The position numbers were made by a program, and so were the translations under genes. This document shows, in pieces, positions 29,245 to 39,387 of a stretch of 64,000 bases of DNA (positions are counted from its first letter, which is position 1; every line of letters starts with the position of its first letter). The notes below the pieces were generated by a model. The model did no database searches. It saw only the letters and a list, made by a program, of their open reading frames with translations, and was not told the origin of the DNA. Source of the DNA: Candidatus Multivoradales bacterium. GTDB lineage: Bacteria; Acidobacteriota; Thermoanaerobaculia; Multivoradales; JAHEKO01. The stretch lies in NCBI GenBank assembly GCA_965223855.1, contig CBDCXM010000008.1:32001-96000 (forward strand), given 5' to 3'.

Positions 29245-31194
29245 ATGCGCTCGCCGACTCCAGCCCGAATCTTCTGGCTCACGCTCGTCGTGGCCGGGCT
29301 CGCGCTCGGGATCGGCGGATGGCTACTCGAACCGTCGCTGCAGCGCACGATGGTTCGAATCGCCTTTGTCAGCGTTGCCTGTCTCGCTCTCTTTGCCCTC
29401 AGTCTCAGGTTCCTTCGCTGGTATCTGTGGCGTGTCGGCCGCCGGCTCGCGTTCTCCTACTTCCTGATCGGTGTCCTGCCGATCCCGATGGTCGCGGCCG
29501 TCGGGGCGATCTCCCTATATCTGCTCTCCGGCTACTTCCTGAGTCACCAGTACCGAACCGCCGTCGCTACGCTGCACTCGGACCTCGAACGGGAAGCCCG
29601 CACAGCCCTCGCTCACTTCGACAGCCGTGTCGCATCGCTCTATCGCCAGCCCGAGGAAGGCCTCGCCCTCTACGTCTCCGGGCGCCGGGTCGGCGGAGGC
29701 AGCCAGGCCCCCGAGAGCTGGCCATCCTGGGCCGAGCCCGGGGACGGCGATTCCCCTCGAATGTGGCTACTCGAGAACGGGGGCCTGGCCATCGCTGCAA
29801 CCGCGATCGACGGCTCCAGAGCCGCCCTCGCCTACTTCGACGGCCCACTCGGACCGGAACTGGCGCGACGGAGCGGAGTCTGGGTCACCTTTGTCGATCC
29901 CTCCAAACGCGCGCCGGGCTCCTCGGTCACCCTGCAGCTCGGCTCGGGAGAGTACGCACTGGCAAACATGTCCGCCGGCACCGACCAGCAGGCGAGGGAC
30001 CGGTTCCTCGGCATCGACGGCACCGAGACGTGGAAGGAAAGGCCGATTCTGTGGTGGGGCGAGGTCGCCGGACCGTTGCTGCGGCTCGCCGACGGCACGG
30101 AGATCAGCGAATGGATGACGGCTTCTCTCAACGGCACGGTGGCGTCGCTGGAGGAACAGATGTTCTCGACCTCGGCGGAGCTCAATGCCGCCGTGTGGGC
30201 GAGCCTGATCGGCGTCACCGGGCTGCTGTCGTCGATCTACCTCATCGCCGTCGCGATGGCGCTGTTCATGATCTACAGCCTGAGTCGTGCGGTGAACCGG
30301 CTGAGCCTCGCCACCGACGCCGTCCGCTCGGGTGACTTTTCGAAGCGGATTCCCGTACGACGCAAGGATCAGATCGGAGATCTGCAGCATTCGTTCAACG
30401 ACATGATCGGCAACCTCGAGACGCTGGTGGACACGGCGGCCCAGAAGGAGCTGATCGAGAAGGAACTCGTGCTGGCGCGCGACCTCCAGGAGAGCCTGCT
30501 ACCTGCCGAGCTGCCGGCGACCGAGAGGGTCGAGTTCTCGACGCTGTTCGAACCGAGCGCGGCGATCGGCGGCGACTATTTCGACATCCTGCGCATCGAC
30601 GCCGACAGGCTGGCGATCGTCATCGCCGACGTCTCGGGACACGGTCTCCCGACCGGACTGCGGATGGCGATGCTCAAGGCCGCCCTCGTCATCCTCGTCG
30701 AAGAGCAGAAGCCGCCGAGCGAAATCCTGCGTCGGTTGAACTCGATGGTGCGGGCGGAAAAGCAGCAGCGCTTCTTCGTGACCGCCACGATCGCGGTCGT
30801 CGATTTCTCGGCCGGCACGCTGGAAATCACCAACGCAGGACACCCGCCGACCTACCTGCTGCGCAACGGCGAGGTTCAGGAAATCCTCCTCGCCGGAAGC
30901 CCGCTGGGTGCCCTCGACGAGAACTACCGCCACGAGCGGATCGATCTCGAGGCGGGCGATGTGGCCGTATGGCTCTCCGACGGACTCATCGAGGCGACCA
31001 ACCCCGAGGACGAAGTGTTCGGCTACGACGCCACGGTCGCTGCGCTCGAGGGATCGGCGGAGTCCGCGACAGCGGTGCGGAATCGACTCCTGGACGCCGT
31101 GCGAGCCCACACCGCCGGTCGATCGGCCGACGACGACCGCACCCTGGTGGCCATGCACTACTTCCCCGGCCGGGCGACCTCGACCGATTCCTGA
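29245..31194 (+). CDS. Membrane HAMP-SpoIIE (PP2C/RsbU-like) phosphatase
   Basis: TM helices, HAMP, 'ARDLQESLLP', 'IGGDYFD', 'IADVSGHG', 'NAGH', 'SDGLIEA' and 'DDRT'. Confidence 0.9.
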   Translation: MRSPTPARIFWLTLVVAGLALGIGGWLLEPSLQRTMVRIAFVSVACLALFALSLRFLRWYLWRVGRRLAFSYFLIGVLPIPMVAAVGAISLYLLSGYFLSHQYRTAVATLHSDLEREARTALAHFDSRVASLYRQPEEGLALYVSGRRVGGGSQAPESWPSWAEPGDGDSPRMWLLENGGLAIAATAIDGSRAALAYFDGPLGPELARRSGVWVTFVDPSKRAPGSSVTLQLGSGEYALANMSAGTDQQARDRFLGIDGTETWKERPILWWGEVAGPLLRLADGTEISEWMTASLNGTVASLEEQMFSTSAELNAAVWASLIGVTGLLSSIYLIAVAMALFMIYSLSRAVNRLSLATDAVRSGDFSKRIPVRRKDQIGDLQHSFNDMIGNLETLVDTAAQKELIEKELVLARDLQESLLPAELPATERVEFSTLFEPSAAIGGDYFDILRIDADRLAIVIADVSGHGLPTGLRMAMLKAALVILVEEQKPPSEILRRLNSMVRAEKQQRFFVTATIAVVDFSAGTLEITNAGHPPTYLLRNGEVQEILLAGSPLGALDENYRHERIDLEAGDVAVWLSDGLIEATNPEDEVFGYDATVAALEGSAESATAVRNRLLDAVRAHTAGRSADDDRTLVAMHYFPGRATSTDS

Positions 31195-31908
31195 TCAGCC
31201 CTGATCGGGCGGTGGGTCGATGCCCAGGAAGCCGTAGATCCGACGGATGTAGTTCCGCGTCTCGGTGTAGGGCGGCACACCGCGATACCTCTCCACAGCC
31301 CCCTCGCCGGCGTTGTAGGCGGCCAGCACCAACGGCAGATCGGACGAGTACTGTTCCAGCAGCCGACCGAGATAGCGCACCCCGGCGCTGATGTTGATCT
31401 CGGCGTCGAAGAGTTCCTGAGGAGCCACACCGAGGCTCCTCCCGGTCGCCGGCATCAGCTGCATCAGCCCCCGGGCGCCCTTGGGCGACACCGCCTGAAC
31501 ATCGAAAGCGGACTCGGCTCGGACGATCGCCACCACCAGCCTCGGATTGACGTCTCTCTCCTGCGAAAAGCGGTGAATGAACTCTCCGAACGGAACATCC
31601 GGGACCGGAGCATCCTCGGGAAAACCGAGGTCGATGGAAGCGTCTTCTGGAAGGTCGAGCACAGGAGCCGCTACGGCACTCGAGATCTCGTCCTCGATGA
31701 TCCGCTCGATGCGGGTCACCGACAGCACCAGCTCTCCTCCCCGGTCCAGTTCGAGCCTCATCCGCTCGCCTTCGAGGTGGTAGGCGGAGACGGTGAGGAA
31801 GCGACCGTTGTCGAGAACGACGATCTCGGCCGGGGACGCCGAGGCCCACAGGACGAACAGGCAGAACAGGCCCCGAGGGACGGCCGCCAGGCCCGGTCGA
31901 CAACTCAT
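31195..31908 (-). CDS. Lytic transglycosylase (SLT domain)
   Basis: 'AESAF...AVSPKGARGLMQLMP', 'LAAYNAG' and 'ETRNY'. Confidence 0.9.
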   Translation of the reverse strand: MSCRPGLAAVPRGLFCLFVLWASASPAEIVVLDNGRFLTVSAYHLEGERMRLELDRGGELVLSVTRIERIIEDEISSAVAAPVLDLPEDASIDLGFPEDAPVPDVPFGEFIHRFSQERDVNPRLVVAIVRAESAFDVQAVSPKGARGLMQLMPATGRSLGVAPQELFDAEINISAGVRYLGRLLEQYSSDLPLVLAAYNAGEGAVERYRGVPPYTETRNYIRRIYGFLGIDPPPDQG

Positions 31909-31918
31909 CTGCGCCCTC

Positions 31919-32833
31919 TCATCGCTCGGACCTGGGGTGGTGCCGGTCGTAGACCGAGCGCAGACGATGGGCGTGGATGTGCGTGTAGATCTGAGTCGTC
32001 GAAACGTCGGCGTGGCCGAGCATCATCTGTACCGCCCTCAGATCGGCTCCATGCTCCAGAAGGTGTGTCGCGAAGCTGTGGCGAAGCACATGGGGTGACA
32101 GTCGGGGCACTCCCGCCTGAACGCCGTAGCGACGCAGGTTCTTCCAGAAGCCCTGCCTCGTCATGCCGCGCCCGAGCCTCGAGACGAAGACCGTCTCGTG
32201 CCTCCCGGCAGTGAGGTTCGGTCTCACTTCTTCCAGATAGGACTCCGTGTAGCCGACGGCCCGGTCGCCCACCGGTACGACCCTCTCCTTGCGCCCCTTG
32301 CCGAAAGCGATCAGGAAACCGGCTTCGAGCCGGAGCTGCGTCAGCGTCAGCGTCACGAGCTCGGTAACTCTCAGACCTGTGGCGTACAGCAGCTCGAGCA
32401 TCGCCCGGTCGCGGCGACCCAAGGGCTTCGAGAGATCGGGAGCGGCCAGCAGCGCTTCGACCTGGTCCTCCGAGAGAGTGCGTGGGAGTGTCTTCCATAC
32501 TCTGGGTGATACGAGGTCCGCCGCCGGGTTGTCCTGTCGTTCGCCGATTCTGACCAGGAAGTCGAAGAATCCTCGGAGCGTGACCAGAGCGCGTCGTATC
32601 GTGCGCGGCGACAGACCCGCCTCCCGCAGAGAGCGGAGATGCTCCGTCAGCAACGACGGGTCGACTTCCTCCCACGTGGCCCCGAACTCCTGCAGCTGCG
32701 ACGCCAGCCTTCGCAAGTCCGAACCATAGGCTGCGACGGTGCGCGGCGAGAGACCTCGCTCATCCGCGAGGGAATCCAGATAGCGCCCGGGCAGCCGATC
32801 GGCTCGAGTCACCGGCCTGGCCGGCATCGGCAT
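31919..32833 (-). CDS. xerD: Tyrosine recombinase XerD
   Basis: 'LYATGLRVTEL', 'GKGRKER', 'TRQGFW', 'SPHVLRHSFATHLL' and 'MLGHADVSTTQIY'. Confidence 0.92.
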   Translation of the reverse strand: MPMPARPVTRADRLPGRYLDSLADERGLSPRTVAAYGSDLRRLASQLQEFGATWEEVDPSLLTEHLRSLREAGLSPRTIRRALVTLRGFFDFLVRIGERQDNPAADLVSPRVWKTLPRTLSEDQVEALLAAPDLSKPLGRRDRAMLELLYATGLRVTELVTLTLTQLRLEAGFLIAFGKGRKERVVPVGDRAVGYTESYLEEVRPNLTAGRHETVFVSRLGRGMTRQGFWKNLRRYGVQAGVPRLSPHVLRHSFATHLLEHGADLRAVQMMLGHADVSTTQIYTHIHAHRLRSVYDRHHPRSER

Positions 32834-34089
32834 CAGCTCCCTGGGTCGGAGCCGCCCTCCTCCACCCCGGCAAGCTGGAGAATCTCGGCGTCGGTGAGAA
32901 GGCGATCGGATTCCTTGGCTCGCGCGAAGACCCTGTCGACCGTCGCCTCGGTCGGCTCGACACCGCGATCACGAAGCCAGTAGACGACGTTCGAACGCCC
33001 GCACATCGGTCCCACCTCGATGCGCTGCCGCCGCCCGACGAGGGCCGCAGGAACTCCGGAATAGATGCGGTCCGCCAGCCAGTCCTCGCCCTTCTCCCGA
33101 GCCTTGATGATCGCCGCGGCGTGGACGCCGGTGCCGGTGCGAAAGGCATCCCTGCCGACCACGGGATAGTTGTCCGGCAGCGGCACGCCGGTCGTCTCAG
33201 CGACGAGACGGCAGTACTCGGGAAGCGAGGTCAGCTCCCGATCGGACCACCCCATCAGCTGCAGATTGATGAGAAGGAGGTCCATCGCGGTGTTGCCGAC
33301 CCTCTCGCCGATGCCGAGAGCGGTGCCGTGCAGACGGTCGGCGCCCGCCGCAGCCGCAGCGAGGGAGTTGATGACCGACAGGCCGCGGTCGCGATGCCCG
33401 TGCCAATCGACGGCGACTTCCTCTCCGGTGGCATCGACGACCCCCCTGAGGAAGCTGACGATGCGCGCCACCCCGTTGGGCGTGGCGTGCCCGACGGTGT
33501 CGGCGATACAGACCCTGCGCGCTCCGGCCTCCACGGCCGCCGTGTAGAGGGCCTCGAGGTCCCGCGGCCGCGCTCGAGTGGTGTCCTCGGTCACGTACAT
33601 CACCGGGAGACCCTCTCCGACAGCGAGAGAGACGGCATCGCGGGTCAGGGCGAGCAGCCGCTCGAGGTCCCAGTTCTCCGTGAACTGACGGATCGGGCTC
33701 GAGCCCAGGAAGCAGGCGACTTCGATCGCCACACCGGTCCGTTGGGAGATCTCCACGATCGGCCGGATATCAGCCTCGAGCGTCCGAGCGGCGCAATTGG
33801 GGGCGATCGGCAGACGCTGGTCGACGATCTCCCGGGCCAGGCGAGTGACGTCTTCCACGACGTGGGCCCCGGCACCGGGAAGACCGATGTTCGCCGACTC
33901 GATGCGGAGATCGGCGATCAGGTGGAGGATTCTGAGCTTGTCGTCGATCGACGGGCTGCGGACCGAAGGGGACTGCAGCCCGTCGCGCAAGGTCTCGTCG
34001 TCGAGTTCGACGGTTCCACGAGCCGGACGCATCTCGCCGTCCCCGGCGAGATTCCAGTCGTAGATGAGCTCGGATTCGGAGAACGCCAC
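32833..34089 (-). CDS. DRE-TIM synthase of the 2-isopropylmalate/homocitrate synthase family, without regulatory domain
   Basis: 'DETLRDGLQ', 'ADTVG', 'HGHRDRG' and 'GIGERVGN'. Confidence 0.85.
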   Translation of the reverse strand: MAFSESELIYDWNLAGDGEMRPARGTVELDDETLRDGLQSPSVRSPSIDDKLRILHLIADLRIESANIGLPGAGAHVVEDVTRLAREIVDQRLPIAPNCAARTLEADIRPIVEISQRTGVAIEVACFLGSSPIRQFTENWDLERLLALTRDAVSLAVGEGLPVMYVTEDTTRARPRDLEALYTAAVEAGARRVCIADTVGHATPNGVARIVSFLRGVVDATGEEVAVDWHGHRDRGLSVINSLAAAAAGADRLHGTALGIGERVGNTAMDLLLINLQLMGWSDRELTSLPEYCRLVAETTGVPLPDNYPVVGRDAFRTGTGVHAAAIIKAREKGEDWLADRIYSGVPAALVGRRQRIEVGPMCGRSNVVYWLRDRGVEPTEATVDRVFARAKESDRLLTDAEILQLAGVEEGGSDPGS

Positions 34090-34143
34090 GAAGCGATTAT
34101 AGGGGGGCGGCGGATGGAGGGCAGGAAACGCCGGGCGACCCTC

Positions 34144-35238
34144 TCAGAGCCCACCTTCCGAAGCCACGGCAGCCGCCAGTCGGTCGCCGACTTCCGAGGT
34201 GGTCGCCTCGCCGCCGAGGTCCGGAGTCGAGATGCCCGCCCGGATCAGATCCCCGATCGCACGGTCGAGCGTACGCGCCGCCTCCGCGTGCCCGAGCTCC
34301 TCCAGCAGCAGGGCTACGGAAGCGGCCGCTCCCACCGGATTGGCACGCCCCGACCCGGCGTACTTGGGTGCCGAACCGTGCACCGGCTCGAACATCGAGA
34401 CCCGCCCCGGGTGGAGATTGGCCGATGCGGCGACACCCAACCCGCCCTGCAGCGCGGCGCCGAGGTCCGTCAGGATGTCGCCGAACATGTTGTTGGTGAC
34501 GATCACGTCGAACGACTCCGGCTTGCGGACGAGCTGCATCGCCAACGCATCGACGAAGTAGTGACTCGTTTCGACGGTCGGGTAGTCCTCGGCGACTTCG
34601 AGGAACGCCCGCTGCCAGAGATCGTGGCCGAACTGCATGACGTTCGACTTGTCAGCCATGCACACGTTCGGGCGATCGTGCTCGACCGCCCAGTCGAAGG
34701 CCGCCCGTAGGATCCTCTCCACCCCCTTGCGGGTGTGAATCTCCTCCTGCACCGCGACCTCGTCGGCGGTGCCCTTCTTGAAATTGCCGCCGACGCCGAC
34801 GTAGGCGCCCTCGGTGTTCTCCCGGAAGACGACGAAGTCGATGTCGGATGCCCGCTTGTCGACGAGCGGGCACAACTCGTCCGAATAGAGCCGGATCGGC
34901 CGGTAGTTGATGTAGAGATCGAGGCCGAAGCGGATGCCGAGCAGGATGTCGGCGGCATGCTTCATGTCCGGGACCCGCGGATCGCCGTAGGCGCCGATGA
35001 AGATCGCCGCGTACTCGTCGCGAAACGTCTCGAGCGCCCCTTCCGGCAGGGTCTCACCCGTCTCGAGGTAGCGGTCGGCGTCCCAGGGCAGCGAGACCAG
35101 CTCGAGCGGCAGGTTCCAGCGCTCCTTGGCGGCCTCCAGGATCTTGACCGCCTCCGCCGTCACGTCCTTGCCGATGCCGTCTCCGGCCAGCACGGCGACC
35201 TTCTGCGGCCTCCGGTCTCTTGGAGGTGTCCGGTTCAC
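34144..35238 (-). CDS. Isocitrate/3-isopropylmalate dehydrogenase family enzyme
   Basis: 'GDGIG', 'RENTEG', 'DKSNV', 'NMFGDILTD' and 'EPVHGSAP'. Confidence 0.9.
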   Translation of the reverse strand: MNRTPPRDRRPQKVAVLAGDGIGKDVTAEAVKILEAAKERWNLPLELVSLPWDADRYLETGETLPEGALETFRDEYAAIFIGAYGDPRVPDMKHAADILLGIRFGLDLYINYRPIRLYSDELCPLVDKRASDIDFVVFRENTEGAYVGVGGNFKKGTADEVAVQEEIHTRKGVERILRAAFDWAVEHDRPNVCMADKSNVMQFGHDLWQRAFLEVAEDYPTVETSHYFVDALAMQLVRKPESFDVIVTNNMFGDILTDLGAALQGGLGVAASANLHPGRVSMFEPVHGSAPKYAGSGRANPVGAAASVALLLEELGHAEAARTLDRAIGDLIRAGISTPDLGGEATTSEVGDRLAAAVASEGGL

Positions 35239-35561
35239 GAGCCGCGCACCTCGCAGGATCGGCGCGACGAGCGCGGATGGAACCGTCCCTTCATCCGCGG
35301 CAAGATATCAGAGCCTCCAGACTCGCCCGCCTGGCGTCGAAGGTTGGGTCAATAGCCCTCTCGTCTTCGCCTGTTGCTGGTCCCCTTCCGTGATTCCACA
35401 GGCATGGCGAAGGGCTTACGGGTACGACTTCACTGACCGTCGTCTGGGGCGGAGCGGCGGCCATCCTCTACCCGCCTCCTGCCGGTTCGGGCTCCCGCTG
35501 CTTCCGCAGGGCGAAGCCGCAGCCGTCGAAGCTCTCGTCGGTCGACAAGGTCCGGAAACTG

Positions 35562-36293
35562 CTAGCCGGGGGCCGGCAGACGCCGATCGATCGCCTCGCG
35601 GCCGGCGGAATCGACGACGAAGCGCATCGGCATCTCCGGACAGATCCAGGCCGAATGCAGCTCCGGCGGTCGGCCCGGGAAGCAACGTCGCAACATCCCG
35701 TCGCGATGGATCTCAACCCTGGCGGGATGCAGTTCAGTCGCCTCGTGGCCGGTCTCCACGCGCGTGAGGCCACGCGGACCGAGAATGTAGCCCCGGTCAC
35801 GTCGCCGGACGTAGTGACAGGTCGCCTCCCAGGAGCCGAAGTCGGGGCTGCCCATGAGGGTGGGAGAGGCGACTTCGGCCGACAGGTCGAGTCGCCCCTC
35901 GGCGAGGACTCGCCACCTGCGTCTTCCGGTAGGCGCCGACGCTGTCTTCGGAAACGTCATCGCCGCAGGCCTCAACTCCCGCCGGCCTGACAGGCGGGCC
36001 AGAGCCGTCACCCACGTCGGTGCCATCAGGCGATGAAAGGCCACCGCAGGAATGCCGTCGCCGTCGGTGACATAGAAGCGGACGTTGCACTGGGGGTAGC
36101 TCAGGCGCACGAGGGGGAACGACTCGAACCGGAAGCCGGTCTGGCGGAAGAGAAGGGTCGAGACGAGCGCGCAGCGCCCCTCGGACCCCTCGTGGAGCTC
36201 GTAGGCGAGAGGTTCCGGCAAGGCTGGCAGAACCGAGGCCTCGACCGTCCAATTGACGTAGAGGCAGTCCCGAACGACGGTACGGAGGATCAT
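35562..36293 (-). CDS. DUF2071/YqjF-like protein
   Basis: 'DCLYVNW...LPEPL...YPQCNVRFYV' resembles DUF2071. Confidence 0.55.
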   Translation of the reverse strand: MILRTVVRDCLYVNWTVEASVLPALPEPLAYELHEGSEGRCALVSTLLFRQTGFRFESFPLVRLSYPQCNVRFYVTDGDGIPAVAFHRLMAPTWVTALARLSGRRELRPAAMTFPKTASAPTGRRRWRVLAEGRLDLSAEVASPTLMGSPDFGSWEATCHYVRRRDRGYILGPRGLTRVETGHEATELHPARVEIHRDGMLRRCFPGRPPELHSAWICPEMPMRFVVDSAGREAIDRRLPAPG

Positions 36294-36341
36294 TGGCCCT
36301 AGGGTAGAGTGCGCGCTCTCGCAACCTATCAGGAGGTCAGG

Positions 36342-38042
36342 ATGCCACTCAATCCGCCACGTTCTCTCGTCACACTCGCCCTCGTGTTGCTCTCAGGCTG
36401 CACCTCCCCGGTTCCCGAGAATCCGCCCGCAGAGGACGGAGCGAGCATGGAGATTCCCGAAGAGGTGCGCAGCGCCGCCGAGGCCGTCTCCGCCGCCGGA
36501 TTACGAGAGACCATCGCCGAACTGGCGAGCGATGCGTACGGCGGCAGGGGGCCGGCGAGCGAGGGCGACCGGATGACCCAGCAGTATCTCGCTGCCCGTC
36601 TCGAGGGACTGGGGCTTTCTCCCGGCGCCGCCGACGGCGGCTGGTTCCAGCCGTTCGACATCGTCAGCGTGACCGCCTCCGCCCCTGCCACCTGGACCTT
36701 CGAGGGCGCCGATACCACCGTCGATCTGGCGCACTGGGACGACTTCATCGCCGCTTCCGGCGTCCAGAGCGAGACTGCGCGGATCGAAGACGCCGAGTTG
36801 ATCTTCGTCGGCTACGGCATCCAGGCACCCGAGTACGGGTGGGACGACCTCGGAACCGCCGATCTCGCCGGCAAGGTCCTCGTGATGCTCAACAACGACC
36901 CGGACTGGGACGACGAGCTGTTCGAGGGCGACCGGCGGCTCTACTACGGACGCTGGACCTACAAGTACGAGACGGCAGCCCGGGTCGGCGCGGCCGGTGC
37001 GATCATCATCCACACCACTCCGTCGGCCGGCTATCCCTACCAGGTGGTGCAGACTTCCTGGACGGGTCCGCAGTTCGAGCTGCCGGCCGACGCCGCCGCC
37101 ACGACCCAGATCGAAGGCTGGGTCACGGAAGCTGCGGCGCGTGAGGTCGTCGCCGCAGGCGGTCACGATCTCGACGAACTCGTCGAGGCGGCCCGGAGTC
37201 GTGACTTCCAGCCGGTGCCGCTGGGCGTGAGCACTTCGCTGACGCTCACGAACGAAGTCTCGAGGGTCGAAACGGCGAACGTCCTCGGACTTCTCGAAGG
37301 GGCCGATCCCGACCTCGCCGACGAGGTCGTCGTCCTGACCGCGCACCATGACCACCTGGGCGTCGGTCAGCCCGATGCCGACGGCGACACGATCTACAAC
37401 GGCGCGCTCGACAACGCCGCAGGTGTCGCTCAGATACTCGAAGCGCTGAGGGCGCTCCAGGCGGTCGGCGAGCGCCCCCGCCGCTCGGTGCTCGCGCTCT
37501 TCGTCGCCGCCGAGGAGCAGGGGCTTCTCGGCTCCGCCTTCTATGCCCGCAACCCGACCTTCCCGGCCGGTGCGATCGCAGGCAACGTCAACCTCGACGG
37601 CGGCAACATCTGGGGGCGGACGGAGGACGTCACCTTCATCGGCTACGGCAAGTCGTCCCTCGACGCCGTCGTCGAGCGGCACGCGGGGAGCCAGGACCGC
37701 ATCGTCGTGGGCGACCAGTTCCCGGATCGCGGCTTCTTCTACCGCTCCGACCAGTTCAACTTCGCCCGGATCGGCGTTCCCGCGATCTACCTCGACGTCG
37801 GCTCGCGCTTTCGCGACCGTCCCGAAGGGTGGGGCCAGGAGCAGATCGAAGCGTGGGAGCGTGACATCTACCACCAGCCGAGTGACGAGCTGGAGGAGGA
37901 CTGGAACTTCGACGGCATGGTCGAGGACGCCCGCCTGGCGTTCCTGTGCACCTACGAGATCGCCAACGACGACGAGCTACCGCGCTGGAACCCGGGCGAC
38001 GAGTTCGAAGCAGCACGGCTGGCGGCGCTCAGCTCACGTTAG
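36342..38042 (+). CDS. M28 family aminopeptidase, lipoprotein with PA domain
   Basis: AGGAGG RBS, lipobox LSGC, 'AHHDHLG', 'NGALDNA', 'AAEEQGLLG', 'RSDQFNF' and 'YHQPSD'. Confidence 0.9.
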   Translation: MPLNPPRSLVTLALVLLSGCTSPVPENPPAEDGASMEIPEEVRSAAEAVSAAGLRETIAELASDAYGGRGPASEGDRMTQQYLAARLEGLGLSPGAADGGWFQPFDIVSVTASAPATWTFEGADTTVDLAHWDDFIAASGVQSETARIEDAELIFVGYGIQAPEYGWDDLGTADLAGKVLVMLNNDPDWDDELFEGDRRLYYGRWTYKYETAARVGAAGAIIIHTTPSAGYPYQVVQTSWTGPQFELPADAAATTQIEGWVTEAAAREVVAAGGHDLDELVEAARSRDFQPVPLGVSTSLTLTNEVSRVETANVLGLLEGADPDLADEVVVLTAHHDHLGVGQPDADGDTIYNGALDNAAGVAQILEALRALQAVGERPRRSVLALFVAAEEQGLLGSAFYARNPTFPAGAIAGNVNLDGGNIWGRTEDVTFIGYGKSSLDAVVERHAGSQDRIVVGDQFPDRGFFYRSDQFNFARIGVPAIYLDVGSRFRDRPEGWGQEQIEAWERDIYHQPSDELEEDWNFDGMVEDARLAFLCTYEIANDDELPRWNPGDEFEAARLAALSSR

Positions 38043-38090
38043 GGGCGGCGCCCCCGCAGCGCCCGAAGTGCGATGCCGGGCCGAGGTCGC

Positions 38091-38342
38091 TCAGGCGTCC
38101 TCGGCTGCCAGTCGGGAGTGCGAGCCGTCGCACATCGGAGAACCGTCCGTATGCTTGCAGCCGCAGAAGGCGACGTGACGCCGTTCCTCGACCTCGAGCA
38201 TCACCGGGCGGAACTCCGTCCCCTTGTGCGAGCCGTCGCAGTAGGGCTGATTCTGCGACTCTCCGCAGGAGCACCAGAAGTAGCGGCCGGGCTCGACCTC
38301 TAGGACGTAAGGGGTTCGCTGGGGGATCTTGGGATCGGGCAT
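38091..38342 (-). CDS. Double CDGSH iron-sulfur protein (MiNT-like)
   Basis: Two C-x-C...CDGSH motifs. Confidence 0.92.
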   Translation of the reverse strand: MPDPKIPQRTPYVLEVEPGRYFWCSCGESQNQPYCDGSHKGTEFRPVMLEVEERRHVAFCGCKHTDGSPMCDGSHSRLAAEDA

Positions 38343-38359
38343 GACGCCTCCGCTCTCGT

Positions 38360-39387
38360 TCAGGACTGCGTGACCTCGGCTACCGCTCGCTCGAAGCGTT
38401 CGAGATACCGGGCCCGCTCTTCTTCCGACAGGAAAGCGTGCTCGAAGGCCGCCCTCGCGAGCTCGATCATCTCTCCGGCACTATAGCCGAAGGCCTCTGA
38501 GACGGATTCGTACTCCGCAAGGAGGGTCGTTCCGAAGAGGGGTGGGTCGTCGGAGCTGATCGAAAGGGCGACCCCCTCCGCCACAGACGATCGAGCGGAT
38601 GCTCGGCGATCGACGGGGCATATCCGAGCCGGACGTTCGACGTCGGGCACACCTCGAGCGGCACTCGCTCCGCGACCAGCCGGCGGATCAGTGCCGGATC
38701 GCCGACCGCCGAGATTCCGTGGCCGATCCGCTCGGGAGAGCAGATGTCGAGCACCTCGCGCACGGCGTCCGGCCCGGTCTGCTCACCGGCGTGAGCCGTC
38801 GTCGCCAGACCGGCACTGCGAGCCTCCTCGAAGTGCTCGCGGAAAGGGGCGACCGGGTGTCCTTCGATCCCCGCCAGCCCGAGTGCCACGACGAGCCCCC
38901 CCTGGTGCCGGAGCGCCCACTCGAGCGTCCGGTCGGCACGCTCGACCTCCAGATTGCGCACGATGTCGGGGATCAGCCTGACCTCGACCCCGCGCCGACG
39001 GCCGGCGTCGAAGGCGGCGCTCAGCGCCTCGGCGATCTCGTCCCCGCAGAGACCGCGCGCCAGATGGGTCGAGATCGTGAAGTGCACCTCGCTGTAGACG
39101 ACGTTCTGAGCCGCCTGCGCATCGACGAACGCCTCCGCCAGCCGCCCGAAGTCCTCCGGTTCACGGAGGCAGTCCGAGCAGGCGAGATAGATCTCGACGA
39201 AGTGCTCGAAGTCGCGAAAGACGAACCAATCCCGGACTCCCGCCAGGTCGGCGGCCGGCAGCTCCACGCCGTGGCGCCGAGCCAGCTCGAGGAGCAGCTC
39301 CGGCGGCATCGCCCCCTCGAGATGGACATGGAGCTCCGCCTTGGGGAGCGCTCGCAGAAGGGCCGCGATCGCCGGCGACTCAGCCAG
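38360..39387 (-). pseudogene. add: Adenosine deaminase with a 1-nt frameshift near 38579 (probably an assembly error) and probable CTG start
   Basis: 'LPKAELHVHLEG', 'HAGE', 'RIGHG' and 'EVCPTSN' in one frame; 'SSDDPPLFGT' in another. Adding one G restores 'LWREGVALSISSDD'. Confidence 0.8.

Noticed and set aside
31919-32833. Tyrosine recombinase as a prophage or island integrase
   Set aside because: Sequence is typical chromosomal XerD among housekeeping genes; no att sites or phage genes.
35460-35560. SRP RNA (GGAAGCAGC) or lysine riboswitch (TAGAGG)
   Set aside because: The flanking conserved motifs of either RNA are missing.
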